From Callorhinchus milii (lineage: Eukaryota), in assembly GCF_018977255.1 (NCBI RefSeq), contig NW_024704742.1, forward strand, positions 104,100,001 through 104,164,000: a DNA stretch of 64,000 nucleotides, in the 5' to 3' direction. The first letter of the stretch is position 1. Each line of letters starts with the position of its first letter. Positions 63,725 to 64,000 of the stretch are shown here, one piece after another. Under the pieces are notes generated by a model. That model saw nothing but the letters and a program-made list of their open reading frames with translations, was not told the DNA's origin and ran no database searches. The translations under genes and the position numbers were made by a program.

Positions 63725-64000
63725 TAAATAATAAAAATTCTTGCATTGGATATAGTGCCTTATCACATTATCAAAATGCCTGAACTTTACAGAATTTACA
63801 GTGAAGTATAGTGACTGTATGTATTTGTAGGTGAACATGGCTTCAACGTTTGCACAAACAGAGCAATGACCCACAAACAGCCATGAAGTGAAACCAATTT
63901 TATTTGGGGGATTGTTGACCAGGACACTGGGAGAAATTCCCTTCTCTTTTCGAATAGTGCCATGGGATATTTAATGTCCACCTGAACAGGCAGACAGGGC
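63725..64000 (-). mobile_element. Deu-domain SINE (SacSINE/AmnSINE-like), runs off the window end
   Basis: Reverse complement TTCAGGTGGACATTAAATATCCCATGGCACTATTCGAAAAGAG...GTGTCCTGGTCAACAAT resembles the recalled Deu domain; L2-type tail. Confidence 0.7.

Overview
Repeat-rich vertebrate genomic DNA. The repeat complement suggests a cartilaginous fish, probably a chimaera/elephant shark; this is inferred from recalled repeat families (a young tRNA-derived SINE with an L2-type tail, Deu-type SINEs, LF-SINE-like elements, L2, CR1 and Penelope-type remnants). I cannot support any host protein-coding exon: every long ORF is LINE reverse-transcriptase debris or low-complexity translation. The main host feature is a CpG-island promoter at about 40400-41010 (CTCF, YY1, NRF1-like and E-box motifs). 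It appears to drive an unidentified minus-strand gene with a non-coding, uORF-rich first exon (donor at 40616) and a probable second non-coding exon (16204-16304), so 1-40600 is mostly intron. A roughly 4.5 kb CTGAGCTCTCA/(CA)n minisatellite abuts the promoter and is split by an L2 insertion. The most notable observations are: an ancient RTE-X-like LINE with a 5' inversion at about 61010-62480, whose 3' end explains three otherwise anonymous repeats; a ~150 bp inverted local duplication pasted into a SINE; Penelope-type palindromic remnants with a degenerate hammerhead ribozyme core; a modular SINE with two subfamilies sharing a 3' stem-loop with L2; and a duplicated intronic hairpin. I see no convincing new multi-gene system. 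Boundaries of decayed repeats are approximate (read by eye).
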